This document shows, piece by piece, positions 53,475 through 64,000 of a DNA stretch of 64,000 nucleotides (the first letter of the stretch is position 1; the number at the start of each line of letters is the position of its first letter). This DNA is from Alphaproteobacteria bacterium (lineage in GTDB: Bacteria > Pseudomonadota > Alphaproteobacteria > G965222575): NCBI GenBank assembly GCA_965222575.1, contig OZ244958.1, forward strand, positions 416,001 to 480,000, given 5' to 3'. A model generated the notes under the pieces. The model did no database searches, was not told the origin of the DNA, and saw only the letters and a list, made by a program, of their open reading frames with translations. The translations under genes and the position numbers were made by a program.

Positions 53475-56003
53475 GGCAGGTTGCACTTGAGAGGGGTAGG
53501 GCAGACTGAGCTTGAGAGGGATAGGGGTAGCGCCTTGCGGGGGACACCAGAGAAAGAGGAAAAAAACCTTCCCACAGAGAGTTAGGGTAGGTTGCACTTG
53601 AGAGGGGTAGGGCAGGAGCTTGAGAGGGTAGGGCAACCTGCGGGGGACACCAGAGAAAGAGGAAAAAAAACCCTTCCCACAGAGAGTTAAGGTAGGTTGC
53701 ACTTGAGAGGGGTAGGGCAGACTGAGCTTGAGAGGGATAGGGGTAGCGCCTTGCGGGGGACACCAGAGAAAGAGGAAAAAAACCTTCCCACAGAAAGTTA
53801 GGGTAGGTTGCACTTGAGAGGGGTAGGGCAGGCTGAGTTTGAGGGGGAGCATCTTGCGGGGGACACCAGAGAAAAAGGAAAAAACCCTTCCCACAGAGAG
53901 TTAAGGTAGGTTGCACTTGAGAGGGGTAGGGCAGGCTGAGCTTGGGAGGGTAGGGCAACCTTGCGGGGGACACCGGAAAGGGAAAAAACCTTTCCCACAG
54001 AAGAGTTAGGGTAGGTTGCACTTGAGAGAGGGGTGTCCTGCGGGGGACACCAGAGAAAGAGGAAAAACCCTTCCCACAGAGAGTTAAGGTAGGTTGCACT
54101 TAGGGTAGGGCACTTGAGAGGGGTGCTTCACTTGAGAGGGTAGGGCAACCCTGCGGGGGACACCAGAGAAAGAGGAAAAAATCCTTCCCACAGAGAGTTA
54201 GGGTAGGTTGCACTTGAGAGGGTTAGGGCAGGCTGAGTTTGAGAGGGTAGGGCAACCCTGCGGGGGACATCAGAGAAAGAGGAAAAAAAACCCTCCCACA
54301 GAGAGTTAAGGTAGGTTGCACTTGAGAGGGGTAGGGCAGACTGAGCTTGAGAGGGATAGGGGTAGCGCCTTGCGGGGGACACAGAGAAAGAGGAAAAAAA
54401 ACCTTCCCACAGAGAGTTAGGGCAGGTTGCACTTGAGAGAGGTAGGGGGAGCATCTTGCGGGGGACACCAGAAAGAGGAAAAAAACCCTCCCACAGAGAG
54501 TTAGGGTAGGCTTCACTTGAGAGAGTTAGGGGTAGCACCTTGCGGGGGACACCAGAAAGAGGAAAAAATCCTTCCCACAGAGAGTTAAGGTAGGTTGCAC
54601 TTGAGAGGGGTACCTTGCGGGGGACACCAGAGAAAGAGGCTCCCACAGAGAGTTTGCAGAGGGGTAGGGCAACCTGCGGGGGACACCAGAGAAAGAGGAA
54701 AAAACCCTTCCCACAGAGAGTTAAGGTAGGTTGCACTTGAGAGGGTTAGGGGTAGCGCCTTGCGGGGGACACCAGAGAAAGAGGGAAAAAACCCTCCCAC
54801 AGAGAGTTAAGGTAGGTTGCACTTGAGAGGGTTAGGGCAGGCTGAGCTTGAGAGGGTAGGGCAACCTTGCGGGGGACACCAGAGAAAGAGGAAAAAAAAC
54901 CCTTCCCACAGAGAGTTAAGGTAGGTTGCACTTGAGAGGGGTAGGGCAGGTTGCACTTGAGAGGGGTAAGGGGAGGGTAGGGCAACCTTGCGGGGGACAC
55001 CAGAGAAAGAGGAAAAAAAACCCTTCCCACAGAGAGTTAAGGTAGGTTGCACTTGAGAGGGGTAGGGCAGGCTGAGCTTGGGAGGGTAGGGCAACCTTGC
55101 GGGGGACACCAGAGAAAGAGGAAAAAAAACCCTTCCCACAGAGAGTTAAGGTAGGTTGCACTTGAGAGGGTAGGGCAACCTTGCGGGGGACACCAGAGAA
55201 AAAGGAAAAAACCCTTCCCACAGAGAGTTAAGGTAGGTTGCACTTGAGAGGGGTAAGGCAGACTGAGCTTGAGAGGGATAGGGGTAGCGCCTTGCGGGGG
55301 ACACCAGAGAAAGAGGAAAAAAACCTCCCCACAGAGAGTTAGAGTAGGTTGCACTTGAGAGGGGTAAGGCAGGCTTCACTTGAGAGGGTAGGGCAACCCT
55401 GCGGGGGACACATCAGAGAAAGAGGGAAAAACCCTTCCCACAGAGAGTTAGGGCAACCCTGCGGGGGACACCAGAGAAAAAGGAAAAAACCCTTCCCACA
55501 GAGAGTTAGGGCAGGTTGCACTTGAGAGAGTTAGGGGTGCCCTCTACGGGGGACACCAGAGAAAAAGGGAAAAACCCTTCCCACAGAGAGTTAGGGTAGG
55601 TTGCACTTGAGAGAGGTAGGGGGAGCATCTTGCGGGGGACACCAGAGAAAGAGGAAAAAACCTTTCCCACAGAAGAATTAGGGTAGGTTGAACTTGAGAG
55701 GGGTAGGGCAGGCTGAGCTTGAGAGGGTAGGGCAACCTTGCGGGGGACACCAGAGAAAGAGGAAAAAAACCCTCCCACAGAGAGTTAGGGCAGGTTGCAC
55801 TTGAGAGAGGTAGGGGGAGCATCTTGCGGGGGACACCAGAAAAAGAGGAAAAAACCCTTCCCACAGAAAGTTAGGGTAGGTTGAACTTGAGAGAGTTAAA
55901 AACAGAAGAATTAGGGTAGGTTGCACTTGAGAGGGGTAAGGCAGGCTTCACTTGAGAGGGTAGGGCAACCCTGCGGGGGACACCAGAGAAAGAGGAAAAA
56001 ACC
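53431..56003. repeat. Modular G-rich tandem array, about 27 units of about 60-150 bp, between the convergent genes rplI and grpE
   Basis: Core GGGGGACACCAGAGAAAGAGGA(n)CCCTTCCCACAGAGAGTTA(G/A)GG(T/C)AGGTTGCACTTGAGAG followed by variable modules; copies counted by eye. Confidence 0.95.
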
Positions 56004-56516
56004 TTACTTTCCCTTAGATACCACAACCCGCGCCGCTCTAATCAGATAATCCCCACAACAATACCCTTGCTGTAACACCTCCAAAATAGTCCCTTGGGGA
56101 ACTACCTCTGATTCTTTATAGGATATCGCTTCATGAAAATAGGCATCAAAAACCTCTCCCTCAGGATTAATAGCGACTATATCCTGAGAAGACAAAAACT
56201 CCATAAACTGTTTATAAATCAACAAAAGACCTTCCTTAAGGGCTTTATCCTGCGTCTTCACAGAAGATAAAGCCCGGTCAAAATTATCTAAAATATCGCA
56301 AAGAGGGCGAACAATTTGCGCTATAGTTAGTAACCGTTGTTGCTCTCTTTCTCTCCGCTCACGCGCCCGGATGTTTTGCTGCTCCGCAAGCGCCCTTAAT
56401 AAATCATCCCTAAGCGTCCTAAGCTCCCCCTCCAACACTTTAACCTTAGAAACTCCCGAACGCTTCTTTTTTCCCTTCAAAGAAACAGGTACTTCAGAGG
56501 ACACTCTCTCAGACAT
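56004..56516 (-). CDS. grpE: Nucleotide exchange factor GrpE
   Basis: LRALAE..N.R.R, DNFDRAL, FD...HEA, Q.GY....IRAARVVVSK. Confidence 0.95.
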   Translation of the reverse strand: MSERVSSEVPVSLKGKKKRSGVSKVKVLEGELRTLRDDLLRALAEQQNIRARERREREQQRLLTIAQIVRPLCDILDNFDRALSSVKTQDKALKEGLLLIYKQFMEFLSSQDIVAINPEGEVFDAYFHEAISYKESEVVPQGTILEVLQQGYCCGDYLIRAARVVVSKGK

Positions 56517-56593
56517 AAAATCACTCTTAACAAAACTATGATAAAAACGCTAACATATGCTACTATAACATAATATATAAGCATCACCACCCC

Positions 56594-57232
56594 ATGATAC
56601 AAGATGCTACCTTGCTCCTAGGGTCCACCAATAAGGGAAAAATCCGCGAATTCCAGCAACTGCTACAGGGAAAAACCCTCCTCACCGTGCCACAAAACCT
56701 CCTAACACCAAAGGAAACCGCCAACTCCTTCGAAAAAAATGCCCTCCTCAAAGCTAAAGCCTACGCCACACAAACACAAACTATCACCTTAGCTGACGAC
56801 TCAGGCTTCTGCGTCAAAGCCCTAGGACATAAACCAGGACTCCTCTCCGCTCAATGGATCCAACAGGCCGGCTCCTCTGAAAAAGCTTGCGAAAAAATCC
56901 ACCAAGACCTCAATTCCCTCAAACACACTACAACACACGCCTACTTCAAAACCGCTCTCGTCCTCTTCTACCCCAACACACAACAAGCCTTTACCTTCAC
57001 AGGAAGTGTACACGGACACATCATATGGCCCCCAAAAGGAAGAAACGGATTCGGTTACGACCCTATCTTCACCCCTCACAAACAAAACAAAACCTTCGCT
57101 CAAATGACACAACAACAAAAAAATACCCTAAGCCACAGAGCCGCCGCCGTGGCTAAACTCATCCAATTCCTATCCCTCTACCCCCTCAACACTATCCCTC
57201 CTAAATCCACTCCCTCACAGATACAATTTTAA
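56594..57232 (+). CDS. rdgB: Non-canonical purine NTP pyrophosphatase
   Basis: STNKGK..E, ADDSG, GFGYDPIF, SHR. Confidence 0.94.
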   Translation: MIQDATLLLGSTNKGKIREFQQLLQGKTLLTVPQNLLTPKETANSFEKNALLKAKAYATQTQTITLADDSGFCVKALGHKPGLLSAQWIQQAGSSEKACEKIHQDLNSLKHTTTHAYFKTALVLFYPNTQQAFTFTGSVHGHIIWPPKGRNGFGYDPIFTPHKQNKTFAQMTQQQKNTLSHRAAAVAKLIQFLSLYPLNTIPPKSTPSQIQF

Positions 57233-57369
57233 AAAAAAATACACAAAATAAGACTTCTCATGACAAAGACCCTCCACAAAAAGACCGACTTTCTCCATTT
57301 TCTCCTTGATAACAATTGCCATTTCACGCTATAAAATTACCCTAGTAACTTCAAAATCCTCAGGACTAC

Positions 57370-57885
57370 ATGACATACCTCTATCCTTCCTCCTTCGCAA
57401 AAAAAGACCTCCTCACCGTAACCATAGGCAAACTCTTCAAACATAACATACACGCACGCCTGCCAAAACCCCCCTTGCTCATGGTAGATAGAATCCTCCA
57501 TATTAGCAAAAAAGGCGGAAAATTCAATAAAGGAGAGGTCATCGCCGAACTCGATATTAAACCAGATATGTGGTTCTTCGATTGCCATTTCGACCGCGAC
57601 CCCGTTATGCCAGGATGCCTCGGATTAGACGCTCTATGGCAACTCATTGGCTTCTTCTTAAGCTGGACAGGCCTCAACGGAAAAGGACGCGCCTTAGGCG
57701 TCGGTAGAGTCAAATTCTCAGGACAAATCTTGCCAGAAAAAACTTGCATCACTTACCACCTGCACTTCCGACGCTTCATGCTCTCTAAAAAAATCTCCCT
57801 CGGCATCGCTTACGGTACCGTCTCCCATAAAGGAGAAATCGTCTACGAGGCAGAAGACCTAAGAACAGGACTCATTCCAGCTTAA
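57370..57885 (+). CDS. fabA: 3-hydroxydecanoyl-ACP dehydratase/isomerase
   Basis: LP.PP.LM.DRI, WFF.CHF..DPVMPGCLGLDA.WQL, GRALG.G.VKF.GQ. Confidence 0.95.
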   Translation: MTYLYPSSFAKKDLLTVTIGKLFKHNIHARLPKPPLLMVDRILHISKKGGKFNKGEVIAELDIKPDMWFFDCHFDRDPVMPGCLGLDALWQLIGFFLSWTGLNGKGRALGVGRVKFSGQILPEKTCITYHLHFRRFMLSKKISLGIAYGTVSHKGEIVYEAEDLRTGLIPA

Positions 57886-57937
57886 AACCTCCCCCTCACC
57901 AAAAAGGACAGAAAACCCCCATGCCAACTACCAAAAC

Positions 57938-59163
57938 ATGACAAAAAATCACAATAGACGCGTCGTCATCACAGGAATCGGTATCGTCTCCTGTATCGGA
58001 AATAATACCACAGAAGTCACTCACTCCCTCAAAAACGGCCTCGGCGGTATCACCTCCTGTGAAGCACAAAAACAATTCGGCCTCAAAAGCCAAGTCTCAG
58101 GACGTACCTCCATAGACACCAAAAGCAAAATCGAAAAAAAAATCCGCCGCTTCATGTCCCCATCAAGCTGCTATGCCTTCATCGCCACAGAAGAAGCCCT
58201 GAAAACCGCTAACCTCAATAAAGAAGATATCGCACAATCCCCAAAAATAGGCCTCATCGTCAGTACAGGCGGTAGCTCCGTGGATACAGAAATCCACGCC
58301 GTGAATATCGGAAAAACCAAAGGCGTAAAATTCGTCAGCCCCTTCACCGTCCCAAAATGTATGTCCTCTACCGCCTCCGCTAACCTCGCTACAGCTTTCC
58401 AAATCACAGGCATCTCCTACTCCATCACCGCCGCTTGCTCCACCTCCGCTCACTGCATCGGACACAGCGCAGACCTCATCATCTCAGGAAAACAAGACCT
58501 CGTCATCGCAGGCGGCGCAGAAGAACATAGCGTCTTCTCCTCCATGATGTTCGATGCCATGGGCGCTCTCACCTCACAATATAATCACACCCCTAATACC
58601 GCCTCCCGTACCTATGATAAAGACAGAGACGGATTCGCCATCGCAGAAGGCGCAGGTATCCTCATCCTAGAAGAAAGAGAAAGAGCTCTACGCAGAAACG
58701 CACCACTCTACGCCGAACTCATCGGATACGGCGCAAACTCAGACGGCGATAGCATGGTACGACCCTCCGGTAACGGCGCCGCCCTCTGCATGAAAGCCTC
58801 CCTACAACAAATCACCGAAAACGATATCTCCTATATCAATACACACGGAACCTCAACTCCCGCAGGCGATATCATAGAACTCATGGCTATCAAAAATGTC
58901 TTCAATCATCATATCCCTCCCATCAGCTCTACAAAATCCCTCACCGGACACAGCCTCGGCGCAGCAGGCGCTCACGAAGCCATCTACAGCATCCTCATGC
59001 TACACCACAGCTTCATCGCCCCTTCCATCAATATCCAAAATATGGACGAAAACGCTAAAAACTTCCCCATCATCACTCAACCAACAAACCAACCCCTCAA
59101 CGCTGTCCTGACTAACTCCTTCGGCTTCGGCGGCACAAATGCTTGCTTGGTCTTCAAAAAACC

Positions 59164-59167
<4 letters not shown>
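57938..59167 (+). CDS. fabB: Beta-ketoacyl-ACP synthase I
   Basis: ACSTSAHCIG, HGTST..GD, TKSLTGHSLGA, NSFGFGGTN; follows fabA. Confidence 0.93.
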
Positions 59168-60815
<1,648 letters not shown>

Positions 60816-60867
60816 CTAGCTCTCAGTCCACCATACCACTATTATTCTGTCAATAAAGGGAAATACT

Positions 60868-61131
60868 TCACCTCTCCTGTAAGCCAACTACTGATACAAA
60901 TAACCGCTCTTTCTTTGCTTTATAAAACAGCACGCGTCCCGGCTTAAGTGCAAACAAAGTATGGTCCCTCCCCATGCCCACACCCTCCCCCGCATAGGCC
61001 TTTGTCCCACGCTGACGTACCAAAATCTGACCGCTTTTCACCACTTGACTACCAAAAGCTTTCACCCCTAGTCGTCGTCCCGCCGAATCACGACCATTAC
61101 GTGACGAACCCCCTGCTTTCTTAGTTGCCAT
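60868..61131 (-). CDS. rpmA: 50S ribosomal protein L27
   Basis: [31 protein letters not shown]. Confidence 0.98.
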   Translation of the reverse strand: MATKKAGGSSRNGRDSAGRRLGVKAFGSQVVKSGQILVRQRGTKAYAGEGVGMGRDHTLFALKPGRVLFYKAKKERLFVSVVGLQER

Positions 61132-61447
61132 CCTGCTCTCCTTCCTTCTCTAAGGGCACTGCCTGAATGCTTTTAATCAATACCAATGTATGAACCGACC
61201 GAAAACCCCTCTTGCGCCGAGAATTCTGACGCCGACGCTTCTTAAAAATACAAACCTTAGGCCCCTTCACCTCTTCCTTCAAAACTTCCCCCTCTACCTT
61301 CCCAGTACGAACTCTTCCCCCCTCAATCAACAAAGCTTCAAAGGGAATCCGCTCCCCAGCCTTCACGCCATGTACCCTATCTAAAGCCAATACCGTGCCT
61401 TCCTCCACCTTGTACTGCTTGCCCCCTCCCTCAATCACCGCATACAT
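61121..61447 (-). CDS. rplU: 50S ribosomal protein L21
   Basis: [28 protein letters not shown]. Confidence 0.96.
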   Translation of the reverse strand: MYAVIEGGGKQYKVEEGTVLALDRVHGVKAGERIPFEALLIEGGRVRTGKVEGEVLKEEVKGPKVCIFKKRRRQNSRRKRGFRSVHTLVLIKSIQAVPLEKEGEQDGN

Positions 61448-61565
61448 GCCTAACCCTCTTCTGCACAATTATTACCTCATACATTTTCCCCAACAACACA
61501 CTCCCTTGTCAAGCAAACTCTCACAAACCCCAACAAAAAACCCAATAACCCTTACGCCCTCTCCC

Positions 61566-61595
61566 TTGACAAAAACCTAACCTCTTGACTATCAT
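61566..61595 (+). promoter_or_regulatory. Putative sigma70 promoter for dnaN-recF
   Basis: TTGACA-18 bp-TATCAT, ending 36 bp upstream of dnaN. Confidence 0.5.
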
Positions 61596-61631
61596 GCTCA
61601 TAACCCAACAAAAAAAAATACCCCCTACAAA

Positions 61632-62756
61632 ATGAAACTCTCCATCGAAAGAGAAAAATTCCTCCCCCTTCTCTCCCACGCAAAATCCCTCGTCGAAAAA
61701 CGATACACAGATACTCCACTTAGCTTCATCCTCCTCAAAACCCTACACGCACAACTCCAAGTCCTCTCCACAGATAGAGAAATCTCCTTAGAACAAACAA
61801 CCCCAGCCAAAATCAACGAACAAGGCTTCATCACCGCAAACGCCCACCAACTCTATAGTATCGTAGAAAAACTACCAGAAGGTAGCCAACTCACCTTGCG
61901 TACCTCTGATAATGGAAATGGCCTCCACCTCTCTTGGGGACGTAGCTTCTTTATCCTCCCTTCCCTACAAGACCCCTTCCCCTCTATCCCTCAAAAAGTC
62001 CCAGATTACCAACTGGAATTCCTAAGCTCCGACCTCCTCAAACTCCTAGAGAATGTCCAATTCTCCGTCCCACGCGAAGATGTCAGATACTACTTAAACG
62101 GCATCTACATCCACAAAGAAAACCCCCAACTCCTCTCCGCTATCTCAACCGATGGACACCGACTCGCTAAAATGTCCCTAGAACTCCATAACCTACCAGA
62201 CTCCCTGCACGGCTCCATCATCCCCAATAAAGCCTGCTTGGAAATTATCTCCCTCTTCAAAAATACCGATGATAAAGAAAAAATCTCACTCTATCTCGAC
62301 CAAAGACGACTACAAATCCGCGCCAACACCTTCTTGCTCACCACAAAACTCATCGACGGAAAATTCCCAGACTACCAAAAAGTCATCCCTCAACAAAACC
62401 ACGCCATCGCTACCATCAACGTCAGTACCTTCAAAAACGCCGTCGACAGAATGATAGTCCTCCTCAACCAACCCACCACCTCAAGAGCTATCACCATTAG
62501 CCTCGAAAATAATACCCTAACCCTAGAAGCCGACTCCCAAGACGGCGCGCGTGGAAAAGAAGAACTCCCCATCGATTACACCGCTCAACCCTTCTCCGCC
62601 TCCTTCAAACCAGACTATATCCTCCAATACTTAAGACAAATTAACTCCTCCGATGTCCAACTCGCCGTCTCCACTGAAAAACCCTCAACCCCCATCATTA
62701 TGCGTCCCCCTAACGCAGAACACGCCCTCTATATCGTAGCGCCTATGCAATCCTAA
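61632..62756 (+). CDS. dnaN: DNA polymerase III beta clamp
   Basis: RYYLNG, STDGHRL, KLIDGKFPDY.KVIP, C-terminal PM. Confidence 0.96.
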   Translation: MKLSIEREKFLPLLSHAKSLVEKRYTDTPLSFILLKTLHAQLQVLSTDREISLEQTTPAKINEQGFITANAHQLYSIVEKLPEGSQLTLRTSDNGNGLHLSWGRSFFILPSLQDPFPSIPQKVPDYQLEFLSSDLLKLLENVQFSVPREDVRYYLNGIYIHKENPQLLSAISTDGHRLAKMSLELHNLPDSLHGSIIPNKACLEIISLFKNTDDKEKISLYLDQRRLQIRANTFLLTTKLIDGKFPDYQKVIPQQNHAIATINVSTFKNAVDRMIVLLNQPTTSRAITISLENNTLTLEADSQDGARGKEELPIDYTAQPFSASFKPDYILQYLRQINSSDVQLAVSTEKPSTPIIMRPPNAEHALYIVAPMQS

Positions 62757-62758
62757 AT

Positions 62759-63862
62759 ATGCAAACCCCTCCCGCCGCTGCTCTCCTCTCTCTTACCCTC
62801 AACGCCTTCAGAAACTTCCATAACCTCCACCTCTCCCTCTCCTCAAAACCCATCCTCCTAACAGGGCCCAACGGAAGCGGCAAAACTAACATCCTAGAAG
62901 CCATATCAGCCCTATCCATCGGTAGTACCTTACGCGGCGAACCCCTCGCCAATATGACACAGTGGGGACAACCTCAATGGCAAATCAAAGCAGATGGAAA
63001 AGCTAGAGAAAACTTCAACCTAACCGCGACTTTCCAAAAAAAAAGACGCCTATTCCAAATCAATGGTCTAAACGCAAAACCCCAGGCTATCGCTCACTTC
63101 ATCCCTCTCATCTGGATCACACATACCATGGAAAACCTCTTCTCAGGTCCCATAGCGCACAGACGGCGATTCTTCGATAGAGCTACCTTCTCCCTCTTCC
63201 CCTCCTACGCCCACCATATCATCTCATACCAAAAAGCCCTCAAACAACGACTCACTCTCCTAACACAACAACAACACTATGACCCCCTATGGCTGGACGC
63301 TCTAGAAAATACCATGGCCTCTCATGGCTCCGCAATCGCTCAAACACGACTGCACATGATACAACAACTCAATGCCTCCCTTAACCAAAATTCCCACCAA
63401 CACTCAACACTCAACGCATACGGATTCCTAGAATCCATCCTACAACTCAAAACACAACAAACCTGTACCGACCTCTTCAAACAAAAACTCAAATCCTACC
63501 GCACAAAAGACCAACTCTCTAAAAAAACACTCGTCGGACCTCACAGAACCGATTACCAAGCCTATCACCACCCCCTCAAAAGAAATGCTGCAAATTGCTC
63601 CACCGGACAGCAGAAAACAATACTCCTAGATATCGTCCTCGCCATGGCTCAAGCCATAGGACGCAAACGAAACCTCCTGCCCATCATCCTCATGGACGAA
63701 ATAAACGCTCACCTAGACCAACAAACACTCCAAAACCTCTGTCAACGCATCAAACACAATAATCAACAAATCTGGATCACCACCACTAACGCTCAACCCT
63801 TCAACTCCCTCAAAGATACCGCTCAACACCTCCACCTCACCCCAACCCCCGAAGACGCTTAA
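62759..63862 (+). CDS. recF: DNA replication/repair protein RecF
   Basis: FRN, GPNGSGKTNILEAIS, RRRFFDR, GPHRTD, STGQQK, MDE..AHLD. Confidence 0.95.
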   Translation: MQTPPAAALLSLTLNAFRNFHNLHLSLSSKPILLTGPNGSGKTNILEAISALSIGSTLRGEPLANMTQWGQPQWQIKADGKARENFNLTATFQKKRRLFQINGLNAKPQAIAHFIPLIWITHTMENLFSGPIAHRRRFFDRATFSLFPSYAHHIISYQKALKQRLTLLTQQQHYDPLWLDALENTMASHGSAIAQTRLHMIQQLNASLNQNSHQHSTLNAYGFLESILQLKTQQTCTDLFKQKLKSYRTKDQLSKKTLVGPHRTDYQAYHHPLKRNAANCSTGQQKTILLDIVLAMAQAIGRKRNLLPIILMDEINAHLDQQTLQNLCQRIKHNNQQIWITTTNAQPFNSLKDTAQHLHLTPTPEDA

Positions 63863-64000
63863 TTTTATCCCTCAACCGCGCCGCCGACTCAAACTCCAAT
63901 TCAGACGCCAATACCCGCATCTCTTCCTCTAAAGACTCTATCAGTATGCGCTTCTCACGCGCCCCACCCTTAAACACAGGCACCCTTTGCACTTCCAACC
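63837..64000 (-). CDS. uvrB: 3' end of excinuclease ABC subunit B (partial, continues beyond the window)
   Basis: Own translation ...IESLEEEMRVLASELEFESAARLRDKIKRLRGLG* is a C-terminal UVR motif; overlaps the recF end. Confidence 0.8.
   Translation of the reverse strand, partial: LEVQRVPVFKGGAREKRILIESLEEEMRVLASELEFESAARLRDKIKRLRGLG

Noticed and set aside
53239-55926. Many minus-strand ORFs across the second array
   Set aside because: They are overlapping frames of the same pyrimidine-rich repeat, with constant frame switching and no credible starts.
53431-56003. CRISPR array
   Set aside because: The inter-repeat segments are reused modules of very variable length rather than unique spacers. 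The core is long and internally variable, and there is no cas gene or leader in the window.
56563-56590. dif-like site (minus strand TATATA-TTATGTTATAG)
   Set aside because: Only the XerD-like arm and spacer resemble dif, and the XerC arm does not match. It is more likely the AT-rich divergent promoter region of grpE/rdgB.

Overview
Bacterial chromosome segment from a compact, probably host-associated alphaproteobacterium. Supporting gene orders are rnhB-ccrM, coxBA-ctaB-ctaG-coxC-SURF1, rodZ-ispG-prfA-prmC-DUF4167, and mnmG-rsmG-parB with parS. Most of the window is housekeeping genes. It also holds three tRNAs, a 23S-5S rRNA unit with its own promoter and no adjacent 16S, and a 4196-aa secreted protein combining a TPS/haemagglutinin domain, FG-GAP repeats and an Asp/Thr/Pro repeat stalk. 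Two tandem arrays are not explained by standard annotation. (1) At about 9.0-10.3 kb, between the 5S rRNA and tRNA-fMet, about 7 copies of a 160-bp unit collapse into a roughly 140-aa minus-strand reading frame carrying all three motifs of a phiX174-gpA-type HUH rolling-circle Rep. This looks like a relic of an ssDNA phage or plasmid whose catalytic core was tandemly amplified, and it lies next to a partial duplicate of the 5S 3' end. (2) At 53.4-56.0 kb, about 27 modular G-rich units begin inside the last codons of rplI and run up to the grpE stop codon, with no cas genes. All calls come from reading the sequence and recognising motifs; no searches were run.
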